This document shows, one piece after another, positions 52,650 through 64,000 of a DNA stretch of 64,000 nt (within the stretch, counting starts at the first letter, position 1; each line of letters starts with the position of its first letter). Source of the stretch: Squalus acanthias (Eukaryota). The notes under the pieces are model-generated. The model saw nothing but the letters and a program-made list of their open reading frames with translations, ran no database searches and was not told the origin of the DNA. The stretch lies in contig JASTWF010000418.1 in assembly GCA_030390025.1 (NCBI GenBank), positions 1 to 64,000 of the forward strand, written 5' to 3'. A program made the translations under genes and the position numbers.

Positions 52650-53320
52650 GTGTGTAGACACACCGTGCGCACACCAGGCATGTACAGGTGTGTGTTACAC
52701 ACCAACCTCACACCAGGCATGTACAGGTGTGTGTTACACACCGTGCGCACACCAGGCATGTACAGGTGTGTGTTACACACCAACCTCACACCAGGCATGT
52801 ACAGGTGTGTGTTACACACCAACCTCACACCAGGCATGTACAGGTGTGTGTTACACACCAACCTCACACCAGGCATGTACAGGTGTGTGTTACACACCAA
52901 CCTCACACCAGGCATGTACGTGTGTGTTACACACCGTGCGCACACCAGGCATGTACAGGTGTGTGTTACACACCAACCTCACACCAGGCATGTACAGGTG
53001 TGTGTTACACACCAACCTCACACCAGGCATGTACAGGTGTGTGTTACACACCAACCTCACACCAGGCATGTACAGTTGTTTGTAGACACACCAACCTCAC
53101 ACCAGGCACGTACAGGTGTGTGTTACACACCGAGCTCACACCAGGCATGTACAGGTGTGTGTTACACACCAACCTCACACCAGGCATGTACAGGTGTGTG
53201 CTGCACACCAACCTCACACCAGGCATGTACAGGTTTGTGTTACACACCAACCTCACACCAGGCATGTACAGGTGTGTATTACACACCGAGCTCGCTACAC
53301 AACGAGCTCACACCAGGCAT
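52650..53320. repeat. 39-bp minisatellite
   Basis: Unit CACACCAGGCATGTACAGGTGTGTGTTACACACCAACCT. Confidence 0.95.
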
Positions 53321-53324
53321 GCAT

Positions 53325-53785
53325 GCTCCCACAGTGCTGTTCGGGAGGGATTTCCAGGATTTTGACCCAGCGACGATGAAGGATAGGCGATATATTTCCA
53401 AGTCAGGATGGTGTGTGACTTGGAGGGGAACTTGGAGGTGGTGGTGTTCCCATGCGCCTGCTGCCCTTGTCCGTCTAGGTGGTAGTGGTCGTGGGTTTGG
53501 GAGGTGCTGCCGAAGAAGCCTTGGCGAGTTGCTGCAGTGCATCTTGTAGATGGTACACACTGCAGCCACGGTACGCCGGTGGTGGAGGGAGTGAATGTTT
53601 AAGGTGGTGGATGGGGTGCCAATCAAGCGAGTTGCTTTGTCCTGGATGGTGTCGAGCTTCTTGAGTGTTGTTGGAGCTGCAACTCATCCAGGCAAGTGGA
53701 GAGTATTCCATCACACTCCTTACTTGTGCCTTGTAGATGGTGGAAAGGTTTTGGGGAGTCAGGAGGTGAGACACTCGCCGCAGAA
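53325..53785 (-). mobile_element. Fragment of the second LINE family
   Basis: Homologous to ~19555-20013. Confidence 0.85.
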
Positions 53786-54425
53786 TGTATATTTGGATTT
53801 CCAAAAGGCATTCGATAAGGTGCCACATCAAAGGTTATTACACAAGATTGGGGCTCATGGGGTTGGGGGTAATATAGTAGCATGGATAGAGGATTGGTTA
53901 ACGGACAGAAAACAGAGAGTCGGGATAAACGGATCTTTTTCAGGTTGGCAGGCTGTAACTAGTGGGGTGCCACAAGGATCAGTGTTGGGGCCTCAGCTAT
54001 TTACAATCTATATTAATGACCTGGATGAAGGGATCGAGTTTAATGTATCCAAGTTTGCTGATGATACAAAGCTAGGTGGGACAGTAAGCTGTGAGGAGAA
54101 CACAAAGAGTCTGCAAAGGGATATAGATAGACTAAGTGAGTGGGCAGTAATGTGGCAGATGGAGTATAATGTAGGGAAATGTGAGGTTATTCACTTTGGT
54201 AGGAAGAATAGAAAAACAGAATATTTTTTAAATGGTGAGAAACTTTCAAATGTTGGTGTTCAGAGAGATTTGGGTGTCCTCGCACAAGAAACACAGAAAG
54301 CTAGCATGCAGTTACAACAAGCAATAAGGAAGGCAAATGGCATGTTGGCATTTATTGCAAGAGGGTTGGAGTACAAGAGTAAGGAAGTCTTGCTACAATT
54401 GTACAGGGCCTTGGTGAGACCACAG
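53786..54425 (+). mobile_element. CR1 ORF2 fragment
   Basis: YLDFQKAFDKVPH...KFADDTK...LYRALVRP. Confidence 0.88.
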
Positions 54426-57400
54426 CTGTGCTCCCCACTGAACATCGTACACACTAGCAGAGGGCACCCTACATCACCCAAACTGTTCACAGCAGTGTCC
54501 CCATTGAGCACTGTAGACACCAGTGGAGGGCACCCTACATCACCCAAACCATTCACAGCCGTATCCCCACTGAGCACTGTAGACACCAGTAGAGGGCACC
54601 CCACATCACCCAAACTGTTCACAGCAATGTCCCCACTGAACACTGTAGACACCAGCAGAGGGCACCCCACATCACCCTGGCTATTCACAGCAGTATCCCC
54701 ATTGAGCACTGTAGACACCAGTAGAGGGCACCCTACATCACCCAAACTATTCACAAAAGTGTCCCCACGGAACACTGTAGACACCAGCAGAGGGCAACCG
54801 ACATCACCCAAACCATTCACAGCAGTGTCCCCACTGAACACTGTAGACACCAGCAGAGGGCACCCTACATCACCCAAACTGTTCACAGCAGTGTCCCCAT
54901 TGAACACTGTAGACACCAGCAGAGGGCACCCTACATCACCCAAACTGTTCACAGCAGTGTCCCCATTGAACACTGTAGACACCAGCAGAGGGCAACCTAC
55001 ATCACCCAAACTGTTCACAGCAGTGTCCCCATTGAACACTGTACACACCAGCAGAGGGCGCCCTACATCATCCTGACTATTCACAGCAGTGTCCCCACTG
55101 AACACTGTAGACACCAGCAGAGGGCACCCTACATCACCCAAAATGTTCACAGCAGTGTCCCCTCTGAACACTGTAGACACCAGCAGAGAGCACCCTACAT
55201 CACCCAAACTGTTCACAGCAGTGTCCCCACTGAACACTGTAGACACCAGCAGAGGGCGCCCTACATCATCCTGACTATTCACAGCAGTGTCCCCACTGAA
55301 CACTGTAGACACCAGCAGAGGGCACCCCACATCACCCTGACTATTCACAGCAGTGTCCCCATTGAACACTGTAGACACCAGCAGAGGGCACCCTACATCA
55401 CCCAAAATGTTCACAGCAGTGTCCCCTCTGAACACTGTAGACACCAGCAGAGAGCACCCTACATCACCCAAACTGTTCACAGCAGTGTCCCCACTGAACA
55501 CTGTAGACACCAGCAGAGGACAACCCACGTGAACCAAACTGTTCAAAGCAGTGTTCCCACTGAACACTGTAGACACCAGCAGAGGGCACCCTACATCACC
55601 ATGACTATTCACAGCAGTGTCTCCATTGAACACTGTAGACACCAGCAGAGGGCACCCTACATCACCATGACTATTCACAGCAGTGTCCCCACTGAACACT
55701 GTAGACACCAGCAGACGGCAACCTACATCACCCAAACTATTCAGAGCAGTGTCCCCACTGAACACTGTAGACACCAGCAGAGGGCAATCTACATCGCCCA
55801 AACTATTCACAGCAGTGTCCCCACTGAACACTGTAGACACCAGCAGAGGGCAACCTACATCGCCCTGACTATTCACAGCAATGTCCCCATTGAACACTGT
55901 AGACACCAGCAGAGGGCAACCTACATCACCCTGACTATTCACAGCAGCGGCCCCATTGAACACTGTAGACACCAGCAGAGGACGCCCTACATCACTCAAA
56001 CTATTCCCAGCAGTGTCCCCATTGAACACTGTAGACACCAGCAGAGGCACTCTACATCACCCAAACTATTCACAGCAGTGTCCCCACTGAACACTGTAGA
56101 CAGCAGCAGAGGGCACCCCACATCACCCTGACTATTCCCAGCAGTGTCCCCATTGAACACTGTCGACACCAGCAGAGGGCACCCTACGTCACCCAAACTA
56201 TTCACAGCAGTGGCCCCATTGAACACTTTAGACACCAGCAGAGGGCACCCTACATCACCCAAACTATTCACAGCAGTGTCCCCACTGAACACTGTAGACA
56301 CCAGCAGAGGGCACCCCACATCACCCAAACTGTTCACAGCAGTGTCCCCATTGAACACTGTAGACACCAGCAGAGGGCCCCCTATATCACCCAAACTATT
56401 CATAAAAGTTTCCCCATGGAACACTGTAGACACCAGCAGAGGGCAACCGACATCACCCAAACCATTCACAGCAGTGTCCCCACTGAACACTGTAGACACC
56501 AGCAGAGGGCACCCTATATCACCCAAACTGTTCACAGCCGTGTCGCCACTGAACACTGTAGACACCAGCAGAGGGCACCCTACATCACCCAAACTGTTCA
56601 CAGCAGTGTCCCCACTGAACACTGTAGACACCAGCAGAGGGCAACCTACATCACCCAAACTGTTCACAGCAGTGTCCCCACTGAACACTGTAGACACCAG
56701 CAGAGGGCCCCCTACATCACCCAAACTGTTCACAGCAGTGTCCCCATTGAACACTGTAGACACCAGCAGAGGGCGCCCTACATCATCCTGACTATTCACA
56801 GCAGTGTCCCCACTGAACACTGTAGACACCAGCAGAGGGCACCCCACATCACCCTGACTATTCACAGCAGTGTCCCCATTGAACACTGTAGACACCAGCA
56901 GAGGGCACCCTACATCACCCGAAATGTTCACAGCAGTGTCCCCTCTGAACACTGTAGACACCAGCAGAGGGCCCCCTACATCACCCAAACCATTCACAGC
57001 CTTGACCCCTCTGAACACTGTAGACACCAGCAGAGGGCGCCCTACATCACCCAAACTATTCACAGCAGTGTCCCCATTGAACCCTGTAGACACCAGCAGA
57101 GGACAACCCACATGAACCAAACTGTTCAAAGCAGTGTTCCCACTGAACACTGTAGGCACCAGCAGAGGGGACCCTACATCACCATGACTATTCACAGCAG
57201 TGTCCCCATTGAACACTGTAGACACCAGCAGAGGGCAACCTACATCGCCCTGACTATTCACAGCAATGTCCCCATTGAACACTGTAGGCACCAGCAGAGG
57301 GCAACCTACATCACCCAAACTATTCACAGCAGTGGCCCCATTGAACACAGTAGACACCAGCAGAGGACGCCCTACATCACTCAAACTAATCCCAGCAGTG

Positions 57401-58500
57401 TCCCCATAGAACACTGTAGACACCAGCAGAGGCACTCTACATCACCCAAACTATTCACAGCAGTGTCCCCACTGAACACTGTAGACACCAGCAGACGGCA
57501 CCCCATATGACCCAAACTATTCACAACAGTGTCCCCACTGAACACTGTAGACACCAGCAGAGGGCACCCTACATCACATAAACTATTCACAGCAGCGTCC
57601 CCACTGAACACGGTTGGCACCAGCAGAGGGCACCCTACATCACCCAAAATGTTCACAGCAGTGTCCCCACTGAACACTGTAGACACCAGCAGAGGGCACC
57701 CTACATCACCCTGACTATTCACAGCAGCGTCCCCACTGAACACGGTTGGCACCAGCAGAGGGCACCCTACATCACCCAAACTGTTCACAGCAGTGTCCCC
57801 ACTGAAAACTGTAGACACCAGCAGAGGGCACCCTACATCACCCTGACTATTCACAGCAGTGTCCCCACTGAACACTGTAGACACCAGCAGAGGGCACCCC
57901 ATATGACCCAATTTGTTCACAGCAGTGTCCCCATTGAACACTGTAGACACCAGCAGAGGGCACCCTACATCACCCTGAGTATTCACAGCAGTGTCCCCAT
58001 TGAACACTGTAGTCACCAGCAGAGGGCACCCTACATCACCCAAACTGTTCACAGCAGTGTCCCCACTGAACACTGTAGACACCAGCAGAGGGTACACTAC
58101 ATCACCCTGACTATTCACAGCAGTGTCCCCACTGAACACTGTAGACACCAGCAGAGGCGCCCTACATCACCCTGACTATTCACAGCAGTGTCCCCATTGG
58201 ACACTGTAGACACCAGCAGAGGGCGCCCTACATCACCCAGACTATTCACAGCAGTGTCCCCATTAAACACTGCAGACACCAGCAGAGTGCACTCTACATC
58301 ACCCTGACTATTCACAGCAGTGTCCCCATTGGACACTGTAGACACCAGCAGAGGGCGCCCTACATCACCCTGACTATTCACAGCAGTGTCCCCATTGAAC
58401 ACTGTAGACACCAGCAGAGGGCGCCCTACATCACCCTGACTATTCACAGCAGTGTCCCTGCAGAGCACCATAGACACCAGCAGAGGGCACCCTCCAGCAC
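54426..58500. repeat. 66-bp minisatellite, ~4 kb
   Basis: Unit translates TSPKLFTAVSPLNTVDTSRGHP; frames are broken by stops and indels. Confidence 0.95.
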
Positions 58501-58539
58501 CCAATTCAATCTTTGCACAAAACCTGTGATGGTGCGAGA

Positions 58540-58848
58540 CTCGCCCCCTTCTGTTCTGCTGGTTAGAGAGACTCAGAGCCTCCCTTTCTCCTGGTCTGAG
58601 TCTCGGCCCCTCCCTTTCTGCTGGTCTTAGACTCGGCCCCTCCCTTTCTGCTGGTCAGTGAGACTCCGCCCCTCCCTTTCTGATGGTCAGTGAGTCTCGG
58701 CCCCTCCCTTTCTGCTGGTCTGAGACTCGGCCCCTCCCTTTCTGATGGTCAGTGAGACTCCGCCCCTCCCTTTCTGATGGTCAGTGAGTCTCGGCCCCTC
58801 CCTTTCTGCTGGTGTGAGTCTCGGCCCCTCCCTTTCTGCTGGTCTGAG
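58540..58848. repeat. ~32-35-bp minisatellite overlapping the gene 2 C-terminus / 3' UTR
   Basis: Unit approx. GAGTCTCGGCCCCTCCCTTTCTGCTGGTCAGT. Confidence 0.88.
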
Positions 58849-58954
58849 CTGGACATTGAAATCCGAACCAACCTCTTCTGATCCAGCGATGGGATGGTCT
58901 CCATTTGAAGTTCACCCTGTGGCCAGAGACTGTTTCTCTGCATTCGGTAACTGC
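58749..58954 (-). CDS. Gene 2 putative terminal cytoplasmic exon (G)SYRMQRNSLWPQGELQMETIPSLDQKRLVRISMSSS...AESH*
   Basis: Strong polypyrimidine acceptor TTCCTCTTCTCTTCCCTCACCTGCAG|, in phase with the TM exon, open to the stop at 58749-58751. Confidence 0.65.
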
Positions 58955-59029
58955 CTGCAGGTGAGGGAAGAGAAGAGGAAAAATATCGGCTTCAGTTTAT
59001 CAGGAAAATCACACTGAGATCAGTCCCAA

Positions 59030-59335
59030 TGGCCTTGATCTACCTGTCTGTGTACCTGGTGTCAGATCCACCTGTCTGTGTACCTGGGGACTGATCCACC
59101 TGTCTGTGTACCTGGGGACTGATCCACCTGTCTGTGTACCTGGGGTCAGATCTACCTGTCTGTGTACCTGGGGTCAGATCTACCTGTCTGTGTACCTGGG
59201 GTCAGATCTACCTGTCTGTGTACCTGGGGTCAGATCCACCTGTCCGTGTACCTGGGCCTTGATCCACCTGTCTGTGTACCTGGGCTCTGATCCACCTGTC
59301 TGTGTACCCGGTGTCTGATCTACCTGTCTGTCTGT
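59030..59335. repeat. 28-bp minisatellite
   Basis: Unit GATCCACCTGTCTGTGTACCTGGGGTCA. Confidence 0.93.
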
Positions 59336-59454
59336 GTGTTCTTTGTGAGATAAGACCGCTCACTGTAATTACCGGACTGTAGTCGGACTGCTAATTGCAC
59401 AGTGATTTCCTCTAGTTCGTTCCCGTTACACCCCCTCACACACTCCGAACCTAC

Positions 59455-59592
59455 CCTTTCTCTTCTGCCTGCAAGTCCTGATGCTGTGGGAAACGCTCAG
59501 GATGATGACTGTGTAGACGATCAGCCCGCAGACTGCGAGGAGAATCCAGAGCCAGGCCCAGTCCCGGAGCTCTCCTCTCAATATCGAGGGCC
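59455..59592 (-). CDS. Gene 2 transmembrane exon GPSILRGELRDWAWLWILLAVCGLIVYTVIILSVSHSIRTCRQKRK
   Basis: CTTCCCCACAG| ... G|GTAGG, 138 nt, phase 1-1; ~24 hydrophobic residues followed by a basic stop-transfer RQKRK. Not in the ORF track; read manually. Confidence 0.85.
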
Positions 59593-59914
59593 CTGTGGGG
59601 AAGCAGAGGTTGAGAGGTGAGCGTGCTCCTCATCTTGAAACCCCCTTAACATTCAGCAATCTGCTCAGGGTTATCTGGAGCGCAGAGTGGGGAGTTATTC
59701 AGCCGTGGGAGGGCGGAGATGGTTGGACACCCCCCCACCGCCCCCTCTTTTCAGAGGAGTGGGTGGGAGGAACATTCACCTCGTCAGCCCATGGCCAACA
59801 CACGGGCGAGATGTGGCTCGGGGGCCTGGGTCGGTGCTGAAAGACACTGAAAATAGCCCACCAGAAATCTTCAGGAGCCAGTAACAAGCTTGACTGTCCC
59901 AGGGATTGTGTCCT

Positions 59915-61950
59915 TACATAACAGAGAGGGTTGATGAGGGTAGTGCGGTAGATGTCATATATCTGGACTTTCAAAAGGCGTTTGATAAAGTACCACATGT
60001 TAGCAAAATTTAAGCCCGTGGGATTAAAGGGACAGTGGCAGCATGGATTTGCCGAGGGGACAGAAAGCAGAGAGTAGTGGTGAACGGTTGTATTCCAGAC
60101 TTGGGGGGAGTACACAGTGGAGTCCCCCAGGGGTCTGTATTGGGACCACTGCTCTTTTTGATATATATTAATGACCTGGACTTGGGTATACAGGGCATCA
60201 TTTCATAGTTTCTAGATGATACAAAACTCGGAAAAGTAGTAAACAGCGAGGAGGATAGTAACAGACTTCAGGAGGACACAGACAGACTGGTGGAATGGGC
60301 AGACACGTGGCAGATGAAGTTTAATGCAGAGAAGTGTCAAGAGATACATTTTGGTAGGAAGAATGAGGAGAGGCAATATAAACTAAAGGGTACAATTTGA
60401 AAGGGTGTGCAGGAACAGAGAGACCTTGGGGGTGTCCGTACACAAGTCTTTGAAGGTGGCAGGGCAGGTTGAGGAAGCAGTTAAAAAAGCATACAGGATC
60501 CTCGGGGGAGAAATTCGGTATCGCCCCGTTTGGGGCGCGATTATCGGCCGGGCGCAAAATTTAGCGCCTGCTGATAATTATCGCTTCCGACTGCAAACTT
60601 GGCTTCTATCGCCCCTGGATGTGATCGGAGCGCTAAATCAGGCGCTACACACCTCTCTTAAGGCGCTTACGCCGAGGAGCGAGGCGCTAACTCAGAGCGC
60701 TGGCGAAGCTCATGTGATGTCAGTCAGCAATGGAATACAGACACACTGGCGCCAGCCAGTTCTGAAAGGGGAGGGTCGATCTTGCTCTCCATCCACACCC
60801 TGCTCATTGCAGCCTTGAATCGCTGCCTGGAGAGACCTGTACCTCAAATCTGCTGGAAAGAACAATGGAGAGTCCCAGGGAAAGAGCTCAGAGTGCAGCC
60901 CCCACAGTCTCTTCTAAATCGATGCACGGAAGGTCAAATCAAAATGAACCTGCAAGGTGCTGCTCAGTACCCAAAACTCCTTCACACAGCATTGAATCTC
61001 TCCAGAAGTCTCTCTCTCTCAGAATGCGTGGTGCAAAAATGTCGCCGACAAAAAAAGGCAGGAAGCGGTCGCCTTTAAATAGCACTCCCCCAGTCCCTTC
61101 CCGACTGCAAAACGCTCCCCTCAACTTGTCGTTGCTAGCGGCAGGCGGAAAGGCAGGGGGCGCCACTCAATATCCGGTCCGGGGCGCTACCGGGGCGTTG
61201 CACGTTTGACTGATGTCATGATCTGCGGGCGCAGGAGATCGTGGCGGTAGTGTTTAGCGCCTCCGCAAAATGTCTGGTCAATTTCGCGAGCGGCGCAAAC
61301 ATCGCCACGCCCGGGCGCTAGTTGCTTTGCGACCCATTAGCACCCTCTTAGGTGCAAAGCAACTGAATATATCCCCCCTTGATTTTATAAATAGAGGCAC
61401 AGAGTACAAAAGCAAGGAAGTTATGCTAAACGTTTATAACACACTGGTTAGGCCTCAGCTGGAGTATTGTGTCCAATTCTGGGCACCGCACTTCAGGAAG
61501 AACATCAAGGCCTTTGAGAGGGTGCAGAGGAGATTGCCCAGAATGGTACCAGGGATGAGGGACTTCAGTTACGTGGAGAGACTGGAGAAGCTGGGATTGT
61601 TCTCCTTAGAGCAGAGAAGGTTAAGGGGAGATTGACCAGAACGGTACCGGGGATGAGGGACTTCAGTTACGTGGAGAGACTGGAGAAGCTGGGGTTGTTC
61701 TCCTTAGAGCAGAGTAAGGTTAAGAGGATATTTGATGGAGGCGTTGAAAATCATGGAGGGTTTTGATAGAGTAAATAAGGAGAAACTGTTTCCTGTGGCT
61801 GCAGAATACTTGCAGGGGAAACATTTTCAGGGCTATGGGCAAAGAGCAGGGGAGTGGGACTAATTGGAGAGCTCTTTCAAAGAGCCGGCACAGGCACGAT
61901 GGGCCGAATGGCCACCTCCTTCTGTGCAGGTACTATGACACTATGATCTC
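59915..61950 (+). mobile_element. Degenerate CR1 with nested MITE
   Basis: RT motifs either side of 60504-61377; short internal duplication at ~61540-61730. Confidence 0.82.
60504..61377. mobile_element. MITE family 1, independent diverged insertion in a CR1
   Basis: GGGGGAGAAATT...AATATATCCCCC, TSD-like CTC/CTT; the CR1 is continuous across the insertion. Confidence 0.8.
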
Positions 61951-62404
61951 TGTCAGTGCCTCCATGAAAGGCCACATCCAGACTGACCTTCGAAGACTTA
62001 AAAAGCAATTAAAGTGGAGACAAGGGTGTCTAGAATTTCAACCGCCCGTAAGAACTTTATTATCTGGGTCACATTCCAAGGTATCTTTTAATCAGCGTTC
62101 AGCAGTTTGAGTGAACGATTGAGGAGGCGGCTTACACATGTTTACCTTAGGATAGATAACCAATCAGTGAAGGTGCATGCGGGCCAAGATCCAATCAGGT
62201 TGCAGAAATAAATTTTGAATGGGCTGGACATGTGTATTGTAATGTATAAAAATGTAGTGTTTGCTGTAACAATTTGGTGAAGTCTGTCTAAAGACAGAGC
62301 AGACTGTCTCCCCACCGGTGTAATAAAGACAACCTGACTATCGATCTGAAAACCTTGTGTCGAGTGTTGGTTTAAAATACTCCACAACAGGACCTTCACC
62401 ACAA

Positions 62405-62521
62405 GGGCTGCAGCGGTTCAAGAAGGCGGCCCACCACCACCTTCTCAAGGGCAATTAGGGATGGGCAATAAATGCCGGCCTTGCCAGCGATGCCCACATT
62501 CCAGGAACGAAATAAAAAAAA
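62405..62521 (+). mobile_element. LINE/SINE 3' tail fragment
   Basis: Reverse-complement match to the tail at ~19430-19536; ends in an A-run. Confidence 0.7.
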
Positions 62522-62885
62522 GAGGAACAGAAACCTACGCTTGTCGAGCAGAAGGAATGGGGGACGGGGAGAAGGATGTTGGAGGAGTGATGGGAGGGCG
62601 CAGGGTTTTTTTAAGGAAGGAGGTCACAGACGAAAGGCACGGGGAGGATACGGAGGGAGGCGATCGCCAGGGTAAGAGTTTTGAGGTGAGTGGAGCTCGG
62701 AGCCTGGGGAGGGTTGGAGAGGACACGGGGCGGTGGGAGAGTGGGAAGACGTGGGCCGTTGGGGGTTTGGGATGAGTTGGAGTTTGCCCAGGTCGGGTTG
62801 AGGAGACAGCCCGGAGAGGACTGCGGAGTGACCGGCGAGCGAGTCACGACGCGCGAGGACCGGGGAGAAGCTCCACCCCCCTCAC

Positions 62886-63224
62886 CAGAGGCTTCTTCAC
62901 CTCGCTCCTTCCTGAGCACCCGTTCCACCAGTTCTTTCGAGGACCGGTGTCCCACCACACAGGAGTAGCTCTGGCCCCTCTCCCAGGCTTCTGACGGGAC
63001 GGAGAGCTGGCTGACCACGCCGAAGGTCCCGTTGCTGTCTGGGGTCACCGGGAAGGTGGTCCTTCCGCTTGTGACCTCGCTGCCCTGGGCTCTCCAGGTC
63101 AAGTACAGGTCTCCAGGGTAGAAACCGGACACAAAGCAGGCCAGAGTTGTCGTCCCATCGTTGAGGGAACCCTCCCGCTGTCCCACTTCCAAGGTGCGTA
63201 TTTCAGGGCTCCTCACCAGCTGGG
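62886..63224 (-). CDS. Gene 2 C1-set Ig exon
   Basis: GTGATTTCAG| ... G|GTGAGG, 339 nt, phase 1-1 (second in-frame donor after 62901); TTLACFVSGFYPGDLYLTW...NGTFGVVSQLSV...W...YSCVVGH. Confidence 0.9.
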
Positions 63225-63394
63225 CTGAAATCACAACAGGAATGGGTTTAGAAATCCCGAGAGGTGTAGAGAATTTCAGCCCCGGGTCCTGGGAGTCCCC
63301 CCATCTGGGACTGCAAACCACCAGTGAATCACATCCCTCATCAATCTCCCATCAAAGACCATCTCCTGCTAATCTATTCATCACACCAGACCCC

Positions 63395-64000
63395 CTACCT
63401 CTCCCATCGAAGCCCATCCCTCCAGTCCCCTAACTCTCCCATCGAAGCCCATCCCTCCAGTCCCCAACCTCTCCCATCGAAGCCTATCCCTCAGACTCCC
63501 TAACTCTCCCATTGAAGCCCATCCCTCTAGTCCTCTAACTCACCCATCGAAGCCCATCCCTCTAATCCTCTAACTCTCCCATCGAAGCCCATCCCTCTAA
63601 TCCCCAAACTCTCCCATCAAAGCCCATCCCTCTAGTCCCCTAACTCTCCCATCGATGCCCATCCCTCTAGTCTCCTAACTCTCCCATCGAAGCCCATCCC
63701 TCTAGTCCTCTAACTCACCCATCGAAGCCCATCCCTCTAATCCCCTAACTCACAGATCGAAGCCCTTCCCTCTAGTCCCCTAACTCTCCCATCGAAGCCC
63801 ATCCCTCTAGTCCCCTACCTCTCCTATCGAAGCCCATCCCTCCAGTCCTCTAACTCTCCCATCGAAGCCCATCCCTCTAAACCCCTAACTCACAGATCGA
63901 AGCCCATCCCTCTAGTCCTCTAACTCTCCCATCAAACCCCATCCCTCTAGTCCCCTAACTCTCCCATCGAAGCCCATTCCTCTAGTCCCCTAACTCTCCC
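63395..64000. repeat. 35-bp minisatellite
   Basis: Unit CCATCGAAGCCCATCCCTCTAGTCCCCTAACTCTC. Confidence 0.95.

Noticed and set aside
53595-58504. Long mucin-like ORFs (up to 596 aa)
   Set aside because: Products of a 66-bp repeat that is open in several frames on both strands; one is a chance fusion with LINE fragments; no splice or signal context.

Overview
Vertebrate DNA, most likely from a cartilaginous fish (inferred from the CR1-type LINEs and shark-style minisatellites), and almost entirely repeats. The unique sequence encodes two minus-strand immunoglobulin-superfamily genes in tandem. Gene 1 has a split leader (21632-21677), one germline V+J exon with no RSS and an unusual C-G-C-G G-strand (17945-18325), and at least eight phase-1 C1-set exons in four recently duplicated A/B pairs that run off the left edge. 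It looks like a non-rearranging, antibody-like giant chain. Gene 2 is represented by its 3' end: a C1 exon (62886-63224), an uncharged TM exon with an antigen-receptor-like Y-T motif (59455-59592) and a cytoplasmic exon (58749-58954). Between the genes is a ~21.5 kb 16-bp satellite whose sense strand is continuous G-quadruplex motif. It carries three copies of a ~425-bp kB/Ets/CCAAT/PBX-motif island, half of which is also gene 1's proximal promoter. The introns hold CR1 LINEs, a solo LTR, Harbinger-like MITEs and about 12 minisatellite families. Exon calls come from manual splice-site and frame reading; no database search was run.
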